Shown: one piece after another, positions 25,187 to 37,019 of the stretch
Layout: each line of letters starts with the position of its first letter
Numbering within the stretch: the stretch's first letter is position 1
DNA from: Balanoglossus misakiensis
Lineage: Eukaryota; Animalia; Hemichordata
Assembly: GCA_040954595.2 (NCBI GenBank)
Contig: CM082591.2
Location: 9,565,309-9,629,308, forward strand
DNA length: 64,000 bases
Direction: 5' to 3'
Made by a program: the position numbers and the translations under genes
Notes under the pieces: model-generated
What the model was told of the DNA's origin: nothing
Seen by the model: only the letters and a program-made list of their open reading frames with translations
The model's database searches: none

Positions 25187-26260
25187 AAGCAGACAGACGA
25201 TCTCTTAAGACAATACCATTCTCTGAAGAAAACTCTTTCACTGACTGTGCAATGGTGTCTGCTCTGCCATCAACAACCTAAAAAAGTGAAAATAAAACCA
25301 TGATGTTAACACATGCAATGTACAACTCAATGTTTGTCTCACCTGAAATGACTAGTCAGCAAAATCAATTAAATGAGGTCACTCAAAAACATGTTTAATC
25401 GTATGTTTTTAATTCAGTGTAGACTTAAAAATTGAAAAACTTTCCACTTACTTCTTAAACTCCAAGGAAAGACACAACTGACTTCCCAGACTTCAAGGTG
25501 TACTTGGAATAGATGATTAATTGCTTCAATACAGCCACATCAGTTGTTTTCATCTATTAACAGTGAATAGAAGTTACTTCCTTTCATCTTCTCTAAAATC
25601 TCATCACGGATGACTTTGCCTGAAAAATGAAATAAATGAAAATTACTCTTCAGATTAAACTTATCAAAATTCACAGTAATTTGTACAGTAATTATTATTT
25701 ATTGAGTGTAACACTATTGCTTAAACAGTGATCCTTTCTTGAAAACAACCAGGTTTAAATAAATGTTACTACATTGCCTACAATTTAGATCTGCACAAAA
25801 ATCAGTAGACCTACTTACCAATGCAATAAACCATTATAGTTGTGGTCATCACTGCTGAGAGTACCAAGGAATAAACACCCGAGGGACTTTGCCAATTCCA
25901 AAACATGGATGAAGTTGGTGGTGTGCGGCAATTCTCTGTGCATGAGAAAATACATGCATCGTAGGACGCCGATGCATGAAGGCTTGCGTCTCAACGGTGA
26001 TGACCTTGTCAAATGCAGCCACAATACCGCTGCTGTTCTCGGTGACTGCTGCCTCGGCGTCAAGCTGCATTGCCGCCCGGTCGATAATCGTCTCTTCATG
26101 CTGCTTGAGTTTGTCTTCGCGAAGGGTGGTACATGTACATGGAGATGTTGTAACCCAAGTCCCTCCGCACTTGGCCTTCTGCTTGTGTTTTGTACAAAGG
26201 CGACAAAACACCCCTAAACTGAATAAATATCATTCTCTCAAACGTCAGCCGCATGCGGGA
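25187..26260 (-). pseudogene. Intron-containing hAT (ZNF862-like) transposase relic, 5' part
   Basis: FCRLC...HE zinc finger; MYFLMHRELPHTTNF..LELAKSLG; exon 25452-25619 KVIRDEILEKMKGSNFYSLLIDE/TDVAVLKQLIIY; exon 25187-25277 VVDGRADTI. GT-AG introns, frameshifts and stops. Confidence 0.82.
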
Positions 26261-26834
26261 GCGTGCACCAGAAACAATAAATATTTACCCGGGCGGGAAT
26301 GAAAAGAAAGCAGGGCGGCGCGTAAGATAGCAGGGTGGCAAAAAATAAAGAAGGGCGGGTCTGCCTAGCTAACCCCCCCCCCCCCCCCCAAAGTATTAGC
26401 GCTCTGTGTTTACCATAGACTAATAGTGTCTCAAATTTTACCCTGTGTGATCCTGGTAAGAGACATGTCTCAAATCTGAGAAGATTCAGGACCACTTAAA
26501 CCATTCACCAATAATAATTTATGCCAGTATTTGATCTGAGACGTTTTAGCAATTTCTTGTGTGACCCCCATATCAGTTGAAGCTGACAAATCCAGTATTT
26601 TGAATTTTTACATGGATTTTGTATACAGTGTGAATTGTAATTAAAGCTCCATTACCTTTAACTTTTTCAAATGTTTTCAGTATCTTTGTTTAGCAGTTTC
26701 GTGTGCACATTCCCGAAACATGATGAAACATATATGTGTATGGTCAGCATTGTTATTGTGCCAAATTGGAATTTAAGTCCAGACTAGAATCCATGAATTA
26801 TTGTCAACAATGACAATGGCCATTATACACATAC

Positions 26835-26970
26835 ATTCTGTGCTGACAAGTAACAATCTGTATGGAGTAGAACATGAAATCGCATTTGCTACATAGAACA
26901 AAAATACTGGAAATAAAGCCAAAAGATACAACGAATGTATATTTAACTTTAACTGCATTCTCATTCTCAT
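26835..26970 (-). CDS. uif: uninflatable-like gene, candidate coding exon 1 (signal peptide)
   Basis: MRMRMQLKLNIHSLYLLALFPVFLFYVANA-ISCSTPYRLLLVSTE: basic N-region, hydrophobic core and ANA cleavage motif; phase-1 GTATGT donor below 26835. The link to exon 2 is inferred. Confidence 0.6.
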
Positions 26971-27138
26971 CTGTATATATTTTACTGAGATTGTTTCATC
27001 AGGGTTTATCAGTATTCTAAACCAGCTTATGTGTGCATAATATCTGATTAAAATCAGATGTAGGGTACGGCGACGTCTTTTACTTCGCAGTACGGTATTC
27101 TTATTCTGTTGCCTCACACTACATCTGACCAACTCCCA

Positions 27139-27275
27139 TAGAAGCTCTCGTTGAAAACTCTAGTAAACCAATCAGACGGTGCCTTATAGAGAACTTTAGG
27201 TATCCTTCAGTTTTGATTGACATAACGTGCAATCTGATTGGCCTGGCCGCAACGGGACGTTGAACAAGCTTCTAT
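27139..27275. mobile_element. Small inverted-repeat MITE just upstream of candidate exon 1
   Basis: tagaagct..gtt / aac.agcttcta ends with an internal ccaatcaga / tctgattgg pair. Confidence 0.5.
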
Positions 27276-27319
27276 ATCTGATTCATATAATACTGAAAGG
27301 GTCAAGAATGGCACACACT

Positions 27320-28246
27320 ACATGTATGAGCTCATGGAATGTGTTTCTTCCCATAGGATGACATTAAGAATTGATAGAAAACCCTTTTCTACTATTGTAA
27401 TTTTAAGAAGTTTCACTCATAACTCATCCAAATGAAATTAAATTGAGTGATTCATATAAGTTGTAGGCTCACCACTGTGCTCAGTTTTGAGATAAACTTA
27501 AACGTGTCCATGCCCATAGAAAAATAACATAGAAAGACCTATGGTAAAAAATGTTGACTTTAATTCAGGCTGCATTAGTGGAAAAATAATCGTACTTTGT
27601 CTGGCATAGAAACTCAGAATCTACAAAAAAGGCCTTTAAAACATGAATGGATATGAAAATACTGCTACAATAAGAAATTCTTACCTTGCATAAAGTATTT
27701 ATTGGTACCACCACTTCCATAAAGAAACCACTGTGCTGGTGTATTGAGTTGTCAATCTGGGTTTGCTCATTGGCCTTGCTTTGAGTTCCAATTTATGATG
27801 ATGGTGTATTAGGGCACTGGACTTGAAACAGGTGTATGCTGGTATTATACACGTTGAAAGAATTGTCATTCTTTGAATTGTGGATTTTTGGATTATCCTG
27901 TGTATGTATAACGAGAATCTGTTAACAATTGTAGGGGTCATTGCCCTTTTTAAAAAAAATACAGAGCCATGAATTTAGTTGATAATAGAAGAAATTTGCT
28001 GTCTCAGCATTTTTCACCAATGGTTTGTCTATGGGCGAAGATTTTAACGCAATTTATCTCATAATAGAGCATGGTGACCACATAATTTTTTTGACCAATG
28101 AATTTACGTTTACTTGTCTGAGCTATGTGTAAAATTTCGTGAAAAAGACAATAGTAGAAGTATGTTTTCTGGCAATTATCGATGTAATCCTTTCAGGAAC
28201 AGACACACATGCACTGTTTATCAGTTTATGTTGTGCGTGTACATCC
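27320..28246. mobile_element. Kolobok-like family B remnant with diverged long inverted arms
   Basis: 27330-27560 resembles 19290-19470 directly and 27960-28246 resembles it inverted; ends gtacatcc|TTAA. Confidence 0.5.
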
Positions 28247-28938
28247 TTAAATGGTATTTGCCTCTCATGCTTTCCAAATTGTGATTCTGTTCTAGTGTTT
28301 TTGTTAAGGGCGGTACCTAGGTAAAATCTACCGGAGTACCCCAGTCACTCCGAATTAAAACAACAGAACAAGGCCAATGTCACAGTGGTCAGGCAGTCTA
28401 CCAGAGTTCCCTAGTCATTTTACCGGGGTTCCCCTGAGTGTATCAATGTGGTTATATTAGGAGGTTATAGGAATATTAACGGGGTTCCCACATTCTCGCC
28501 CCACCAGACTACGTATTTCTTTCGTTTCACTATCGAAATCACGTACTCTGGTAAAAATGGAGTACTGCGCTGGTATTTGAACATATTGGTAATGCATATT
28601 CATGAGATGACATCATTATAAACTGGCCAATCAAAACTGCACGTTCTTCGCTCTCACTCAGACTCGGAGCACTGCCACTGGAAGCCGCCATGTTGTTTAG
28701 AATGAGATGTAATGAGATGCGTGAATGGGATGTAACAAGCAATCTGATTGGTTGTTGGATGTACTGTGAAAGCGCCTAGACCAAATACTGAATATATGGC
28801 CGTATTATACCACGGCCTTTTTGCGGGGAGCAGAGCGCTGCCGTAAAAGGGCCGTGGTTTGCGACGATGGGTTCCCAAATCCATTACCAATGTTCCCCGA
28901 CCTTTGCAAAAACACTGTGTTCTTTTTATCCTCCACAG

Positions 28939-29427
28939 GAAGAGACAAAGAAAAGCACAGCAACCTCTGCTTATACTGCCACAACAAGCACAAGCACAAA
29001 CACACCCCAGCCTGTAGCTTCTGCGAACCAACAACCCCCACCCTATCCAGCCGCAGCATACCAGCAACACTTCCAGCAGATGTCATACCCGAACCCATTC
29101 GTGTCTCAGTACGCTGCATTTGCAGGAGCCGGACAGCCGCTACAACACAGAGATGCGGCATCGAACAACGACAACACCGTTCAACCGCCAGCCGATGCAA
29201 CACCCCAGGCAGATGTCAACACTCCCCTAGCACCAGAACCTGCAACTGCCAACAATGAAAACACCCCCAGAGAAATGCCAATGACAATGCTACCACAGAG
29301 AAAAACATACGACAAAGAAATGTCAGCCAGCAAGGGTATGAGCAACCCAGAAGAAGAAACGACACACTATCAAATCAGAATAATCGCCAGATACGTCAGC
29401 AAGAAAATAGTAATTCTTTCCTGTTGA
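28939..29427 (+). other. Orphan T/P/Q/A-rich open frame following a strong splice acceptor
   Basis: tctttttatcctccacag acceptor at 28938; about 160 open codons of low complexity; no domain recognised. Confidence 0.35.
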
Positions 29428-30133
29428 TAGTGCTGTTGAGTCTAGCCTTAGCAGCTCTTATGTTGAGACGATTATTCATTACCTACGAGTTTAAATTTGA
29501 TTAGAATATGTAGTTTATGAAAATATTTAATTAATTCACAACTGATGACAGGTCAAATGTTATTATTTTCCTTGAGTTTTCATACACATCTGGAATGTTG
29601 TCTATATCTTAACAAAAACTATTGTTGAAAAGTCCTGGTGAAAAATCAAGCCAGCCATTATTTATTGTATTGAAATAGATGGGGGAGGCACAATGAAAAT
29701 GGCATATGTTTAGCCTATAGATTTCTGGAAACCACTGGTGAACTCGCTGATAGTACTGAGCAATATGAATGATATGAACATAGTGGTTATTTGGTTGTAG
29801 ATACAAGACCTCTCTGCAAAATTTTCCTCAGAGAGGTTTTAAATCCGTAACCAAATATAAGCGCACACCATTTATAATGTCATTATATATAATATGATTT
29901 TGTGTGATAAAAAATCTGATGTTTGGATTTTAAGTATTACATGCCAGAAAGGCCTCGTTGCTCACTGCTCATGAAAATGCCACTTGTACAAACATGTTCT
30001 AGAATTTCTTAGGTAGAGCGCCTTGATGCCCATGACCAATCCAAGTTTATAAACTGTGTTCTATTCAGGTGCATTCTCTTTTGTGTATTTTATTTCAGTT
30101 ATTTACTGTTCAGGTCTTCTAGTAGAGAATGTT

Positions 30134-30498
30134 ATGACAGAACCCCATGGCTCGATCGTGCAAGCACGGTGTAACGGTAGTATTTGCATCGAGTGTCTGG
30201 CTGTGTATTCTTGCGCCCGTCCCCCGCACGAGCGACAGCGAGAATACACCGCCAGCACGAGTGCAAATACTACCGGTACGCCGTGCTTGCACGATTGAGC
30301 CATGGGGTTCTGTTTTTATTACATATGTTCATCCCATTTTGAAAAAAAGACCGAAAATGAAAGAAATGAGACCGCGGAATGATATTGCTTGTTTCGTGAA
30401 CAGGCCACTCATTTGCATACAGGTATGGCATAATGTTTTTGGTATTGCACTGAGTGCGCGCTCGGAGCAAATAATCGACGGTACATATGTAATAAAAA
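30134..30498 (+). mobile_element. Hairpin-plus-tail element (Crypton-like, inferred)
   Basis: Palindrome of about 175 bp (acagaaccccatggctc...gagccatggggttctgt), then ttttattacat ... atgtaataaaa. Confidence 0.6.
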
Positions 30499-30635
30499 CC
30501 CTTGCTTCAACCAATTACAGAGCTGCAATCAGACCAAGTATACCATGGTATTATAAATTTATGATCTATGTTATACAGGTATAGGACATTTTGTCTTTCA
30601 CCATGTTTACACTGGGTAAAATGAGAAACATTTCA

Positions 30636-30743
30636 GATACCAGGTTCAGGCAGGGAAACATTTGAGACACTATTTGCCTATGGTAAACACAGAGCATTAA
30701 TCCTTTGAGTCGTTTGTGTACACACACACACAGTTTATGTATA
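30636..30743 (+). repeat. Dispersed repeat shared with 2245-2365 (direct) and 26395-26470 (inverted)
   Basis: ataccaggttca...gagacactatttgccta.ggtaaacacagagcattaat. Confidence 0.7.
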
Positions 30744-32051
30744 GGCGCTGCGAGGCTCGGCCCCATAGACAATGGGTTGCGAAGAGGTGTTAATCCTTAC
30801 ACCGGATCAGGTCTGGCTGGCAAAACCGTCTCAAATCTGAAACGTTCCAGGAAGACTTTAAATGTTCACAAAGTATATTTTATGTCAATGTTTGAGTTGA
30901 GATGTTTCAGAAACCTTTCAATGGTCACTATGTGAATGCCCTATTTTTAGTTCCTTTGTGTTGTATGTACAAACACATACAAGTTTCAGCTTTAGGGATC
31001 AGTCAGAGCATATTATCATGCAGTCTGTCTATCGGTTGCTATGTGTGTGTGTGTCATCTCCACAAAAAATCTGTAGCACTACATGTATTTCATGAATCAC
31101 AATATATACACAGTGACTGGCTGTGAGGGTAACATGTGGATGACATGATGGTGTTATAATGCTATTAAGTGCAAATGTAAAACCTGGACTACAGGCAGGA
31201 TTTTTGAAAGGACGGTAAATGTTGATGCAAAGAATGTTTGAGTCAGCCTATGCACGTGAACTCAAATATACAGAAAAATTTACAAATCTTAAAGTAACAT
31301 TTCCATATGGAATTGTGTACTTTTGAAAATCATTTCAAAATCATGTTATAGACTTGTTGAAAGACTGTTGACTACATCTGAATAAAAAGAAACATGAAAT
31401 TCAAGCAATAACCAGTATGTTACTTCTCTCTTGTACATAATCATCATGACATGATCAATAGGTCATTTTCATGATCCCTACGTGACTTCTTGACTTGCAT
31501 ATTCATTGGAATGAATCCTCTATTTTGATTTAAAACTCTGTAAGTGCCAATAATATTCATTAATTTGAATTCCCATTTTGATCTATTTTTTGAAAAACTT
31601 TTCGCCATGTATAGCTCGCACTATTTCTACAAAACAGGGACGAATTGGCTGAATTTCCAATGTTGTGTTAACTGTTTTATTAATCATGAGGAAAAAGCGC
31701 CGGGCTTATAACTTCCACGGGCGCGCCCAACATTATTTGGGCGATACCATTTTGTGGTAGGTGTCACTGGCAAACATGCACCGGACTTCTGATTTATATA
31801 CTACATGTACTAGGGTCTCACTTGTTGCAACAGTGTTAAAGAAATCAAACGGTTTTGTTTTGGCCGGTAAACACCGATGGATTAACTCTTAAGTCCATCG
31901 TGCATCCAAACGCAGTCGAGTCGGTTTGGTCATTGTTTATGCGACATAAATGCCAAATGTGACAGAAGCATCATATTAAATGAGATAGAATACACAAACA
32001 AACAAACATACGAATAAACAAACAGGCAAACAAACAAACAAACAACCATTA

Positions 32052-32302
32052 GGGACTGTTCAGAATTTACTTCCAAGTTGGGGATGGAGGATTTTTTATT
32101 TTCCTGGTGATTTTTTTCCATGGTCTCCCCTAGTAAATTGTGGAGGAAATATGTGGTCCCTCCTTAAATTTCCTGGGGATTTTCCATTGTCCCCCTATTG
32201 TGACTTTTATGTCTAGTCTCCCCTAATTTGTCTTGGAGAAAATGGGTGGTCCCCCCCCTCTGAAAATTCTCCGCCCCCTGGAAGTAAATTCTGAACAGTC
32301 CC
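32052..32302. mobile_element. PIF/Harbinger-like MITE
   Basis: TTA|GGGACTGTTCAGAATTTACTTCCA...TGGAAGTAAATTCTGAACAGTCCC|TTA. Confidence 0.88.
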
Positions 32303-32406
32303 TTATTAAAGCCAACAGCTAGCACCCTGGCTTCTCTGCCAGAGGAGCGATAACATCGACAAAATGCAGATACACAAGAAATGAGCACTTTATTCCACAA
32401 GCGAAG

Positions 32407-32494
32407 TAGTCTGTTCCCTGCCCCATTCCCACCGCTGGCTGCGCCCTTAAGCGTAGCGCCGATGGCAGTGGGAATGGGGCAGGGGACCAGACTA
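32407..32494. mobile_element. Short TAG...CTA hairpin element (Academ-like, inferred)
   Basis: tagtctgttccctgccccattcccac...gtgggaatggggcaggggaccagacta. Confidence 0.6.
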
Positions 32495-35046
32495 CAAGTG
32501 AAGAACCCCAGTAACAGACGTAACGAACAAACAAACTACATGTACTAACAACAAAGCAAGAAAAGTGTCAAGCGTCGTCAAAGAAAACGAAAAAGTTCTA
32601 GCATGGTTGGTAAAAGTTATTGGTAGAAAACGAATAGGGCCTTCTACAAATGACGTCTCAGACCCGCAAACGCCACCAGAACACAAAACACATGCACAGA
32701 ACAGTTTAAGCCGGTTGTTGTATGGAGCAGCAATAATCTGCGGTTGGGCCGTCGTAGATTTTCGCTGGTGGTGAAAATAAATAAAACACGATCGATGTTC
32801 GATTTATTCCAGATCACATGCGTTTACGGCCAGGAGAGAGCATAAAAGTCTTCAAATGACCATGTGGTGGCGCACTTTTTCCGATTGGCTGTATTTCAAT
32901 TTGTTCGTGGTAAATTAATTTTGTGGAGCTGACCGGCACTGAAGCTCTTAGCTAGGATGAGGTGGGATGGAAAAATGCCCCATTTTAGCTGTTTTAAAAT
33001 ATACGACTATTTATAGACAAAAGGAAAATAAAACAAGCGCAAAAACATACCAAACCTAGTTTTATTAATTAAAAACAAAATTGCTGAGTAAAGGTTTTCA
33101 TGTGGGCATTCACTTTGAACTTGCTAAATTAATTTAAAGAGACAAAGTCGCTCTCTCTTTGTCCTTTTGCGATGATAGAATGCTTGCTTGAAGTCTCTCG
33201 TGCAATAAATGATGTCGATTCATACATGTATGGATGGTGTATAGGTGGTCGGAATTTACATGTCTTTGCCACGACCAAACCAACAACACGTAAAATCAAA
33301 GTTTGGGTCATGAAATCGAGTTTTGTTACAGTCTAGAATTTCATGCCACCCCTTATGGTCATATTATTCTTGGTAGGCAAAAGTGACAAGTAGTCAAGTT
33401 TCAACACAGGCAACATTTTTCACAAACAAACCACAAAGAAGACATCAAAAGGGAGAGAATTATAGAATGGTCAATGTGTGTAAAGTTAAGATACGTAAAG
33501 TGGCTGGGTTCAACAATAACTCATCGACTTCATATCGTCTTCATGCCATGGTTTTTGCCTGCCCTGAAAGTTCTTGTCGTTGCAGAAGTGGTTTTGACAG
33601 AAAGAATTTAGTCTTCCGGGATGTTTGTGATTATTTGAACACCAGACAATACAATGCAACCTTGACTTCCAAAATACTTACCGGCATTGCATTATCTTAC
33701 CATGGTTAGGCCTACAGTGAACACATTTTCAACAATATTTTCTGAGTTACCGCTGATATTTGTTTTGTAGTATGGATATTAAATTATACATCCCGATACA
33801 AAACAGAATGTTATAGAATCCTTCCTGAGTGATATTGAAAAAATTACCGGAATGCTACCGCCTAATCTATGGTTAGGGTTATTGCTATTATTTTATATCA
33901 GTAATCGACTTTGTGTATATCAATGTCATTTTCATAACGAAAATGAACTCGAGTCTAATGTAAACGTTACGAATTGATCGAAAGGCGCCCCGTGAATGTT
34001 AACACGAGTGCGCAGTGACAAGACATGCATCGTGCATGACAGTGACAACAGTTCCTATAGAGCAGTTAAAAAATAAACCGGCCGTCCGTAAATTTATCAG
34101 CTATATTTTTTTTTATTTAGTCACGTTTTCCCTGTTGCATGCTATTAGTTCAGGGGCCAGTTTTAGCAGTGCTCTATTGAGTACTTTCGTATCGATGGAT
34201 TGATCTCTCGTCCAATCAGAATGGCGGATGGTAGCATGATCCGACATATTGCGTATTACAATAGGGCTTCCTCATACAGGTCAGAACGGAGAGGTCATTC
34301 CTTTTATTTTAGGACGTCTCAGCTCCTTTGTCTTTTCTGTTATTTTTGACAAATGCGGATTGACGTTCCATTTCCAATTGGCGATAATTATATTTATTTG
34401 TATTTCATTGCATAAGCGCTTGCTAGTCGTTTTTTCGCAATTTTTTTGTAGTACAAAAACACTGAAGAAAACGAAATATTTTATTCATTCGCACTTCCAA
34501 AGAACACCGTGACAGAATTCCTCAATTTGCATTTCAGTTTGTGTGTCTGGTGTGTCTGCATTGACGTGAGGCGCATTCTCCACCCGCACACATACGTTGC
34601 ATTGCATTCTTTGACTAATTAGTGTGACGTCATGTTGAAGCAGGATTCTGATTGAGTAGTAAGTAATTTGCATAATTGACGCCCAGCTGGTGCCTCGTTC
34701 TCGTACCGCTGACCGTTGCATTTGAAAAATCATTGCAGCTTTGACGTTCATCAAGCATGGAGGTCCCGGTCGCCTCCATGCTTGATGATGTCGTTTCTCT
34801 GGTAAGCAAGGCATTTAATGTTATTTTACAAGTACATGTACACTCCTTCTAGCAAAAACTGGTCGTGGTAGGGAGAGAGGGTCCTCCCAACATCGAAATT
34901 CTGACTTAGGGAAGCGTTACAGCACCAAACAGTAAACTCACAGTCGCATGGAATTTGTGCGTTATATTACACCGTGCGAGTAAATTGTACGTCGTTCGTT
35001 GGCTCGAGTCAGCTTTGTTATTGTGGAGCAGGTGGTACCGTAACAC

Positions 35047-35403
35047 CACAGGGGGCTCTCCCTAGGCGATTTTATTGTTTGTTTGTTGTTGTTGTTGATT
35101 GGCATAATAAACAAATACATATTTCTTTATTAATAAATATGGTTTGTTGACATGTAAGGGTTAGGTTATTAGGGTATATTTGACAGGTTATGGTATATTC
35201 AACGGTTAGGATTAGTGTTGGCATTTTTTCGATCCATGGCCGGCATCACCCCCCCACCCCCCACCCCCTGTGGCTTAGTGATGCCCGGGGCCGTGGATCA
35301 ACAAACCATATTTATTAATAAAGAAATATGTATTTGTTTATTATGCCAATCAACAACAACAAACAAACAAACAATAAAATCGCGGAGGGAGGAGCCCCCT
35401 GTG
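35047..35403. mobile_element. P-element-like MITE with TIRs of about 105 bp
   Basis: GTAACAC|CACAGGGGGCTC...GAGCCCCCTGTG|GTAACAC (7-bp target duplication). Confidence 0.85.
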
Positions 35404-35606
35404 GTAACACACTACAGTATAACTTTTAAGGCAAAGGGATAGCGAATAAACTGACCAGGGTTGGTTTTGTTGTTGGGGAGATTTTTGGCACCATTGAGAC
35501 TGTTATAAGCTACCAGTGTGAGCTATGGTATAGCCGTTAACACGCAGCCCTGCCACGCAGAGCTTATATGACTGGTTACTAACTTCTATGTCTATTTGAT
35601 TCACAG

Positions 35607-35681
35607 ATGCTGCCTGAAACTGTCTGCGTTTCAACTCGGGATTCTCTTCCTTGTCCGGGGCGAGTTTAAGACCGCTCAATG
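35607..35681 (+). other. Putative micro-exon A1 of an unknown transcript
   Basis: tactaac branch site, tttgattcacag acceptor, gtaagc donor; 75 nt. Confidence 0.5.
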
Positions 35682-35923
35682 GTAAGCATGACTTGCTTTA
35701 TATTTGCTTTTATCGGGTGTTGCAACCGAAACAATAGGAAGAAATGTATGTCTACGAACTAATTTACATATTCCAGCTTTCAATACAATGTACTTGTTTT
35801 TTCCCCTTCGAATTCTGGCCTTGATTGCTTGTGATATGATCGTGATGTCATGAATTAGATGGACAACTCACAAGTTCAAATCTTCACGTGGAGCATAAAA
35901 TAAATTTGGATGCATTTCCTTAA

Positions 35924-36270
35924 AGGGACAAAGTCTCTCTCTCCCTGCCCTTTTTTCCATAATTATATTTGATACAAGACACCGTTTGTTATTCTACATG
36001 TAGATATATAGTGAATGAACGTTCAGCCACACACAACTTCCGTCCCACTTGTAGACACGAGAGTAAAAATACTCGCCAAAATGAATAATCGTTCTTTACC
36101 ATTTATTCATTTTGGGCGAGTTTTTACTCTCATATCATACAAGCGGGATGGAAGTTTTGTGTGGTTGATCATTGATTCACTATATATCCAAATGTACATT
36201 AACATAAACAGTGTCTTGTATCAAACATAATTAATGGAAAAAAGGACAGCGAGAGAGAGACTTTGTCCCT
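35924..36270. mobile_element. Foldback MITE family A, copy 5
   Basis: TTAA-flanked; the paralogous empty site has a single TTAA at 43325-43328. Confidence 0.93.
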
Positions 36271-36608
36271 TTAACCATATAGCTAAAATTACTCCCATAC
36301 CAATACACAGGGAGATACTTTAACTTTGGCTGAACGTGTGCTAGTCCAACACTATGCTTAATCAAACTGGCTAAGAGATCTGTTATTATATTAGACGCAT
36401 GAAGGAAAGTAATGTTGTTTAGAGTGAAATAAAACAATACTTTAGGCCAGAAAGAAAAATGTAAATAATGACACAAGCAGGCTGGAAATTTTTTATGATT
36501 CTATATTATACCATGTTTTGCATATTTTCACTAATTTGTATGGCCCACATAATTCTAAAGCAAGGTTGATTGGTTACTAATTAATATTTGCATATATTTG
36601 ATTCACAG

Positions 36609-36681
36609 TCTTAAACACAGCATTTCAACGTATGCCGGAGGAGGAAGAGAATACCTAGGCCTGATCCAAGACCGCTTTCCG
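36609..36681 (+). other. Putative micro-exon B1
   Basis: tactaat branch site, tttgattcacag acceptor, gtaagc donor; 73 nt. Confidence 0.5.
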
Positions 36682-36943
36682 GTAAGCCCTACTTGCTGTA
36701 TACATGCTCCATAGCTTGTTTGTAAATGCTACCTTTTCCCATCAAATAGTGAAGTCACCCTTTTAAAATTATGGTGGTGGCAAGCCACAACTGGTTATCA
36801 TGAAGAGTTGGACACCACTAATAATCATTTCAATATTTTCCAATTGGTAACCTTTATGTACCACTATCCTCAACAATTTCAGTCAACAAGATTCATATTG
36901 CGCTGTATAGCAAGGCCTAACAAATATGACTGATTGATAGGGA

Positions 36944-36986
36944 TTTTTAGCTCACGTGATTTTCACGTGAGCTTATAGTTTAGCGA

Positions 36987-37019
<33 letters not shown>

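Noticed and set aside
26392-26406. CAG-starting hAT terminal repeat
   Set aside because: The sequence belongs to the dispersed repeat also seen at 2245 and 30636; no partner TIR was found.
28539-28742. Minus-strand ORF containing MAASSGSAPSLSESEER with a good start context
   Set aside because: Short, no recognisable domain or convincing donor, and embedded in repeat fragments.
30056-30584. Mirror ORFs MARSCKHG / MAQSCKHG
   Set aside because: A consequence of the long palindrome.
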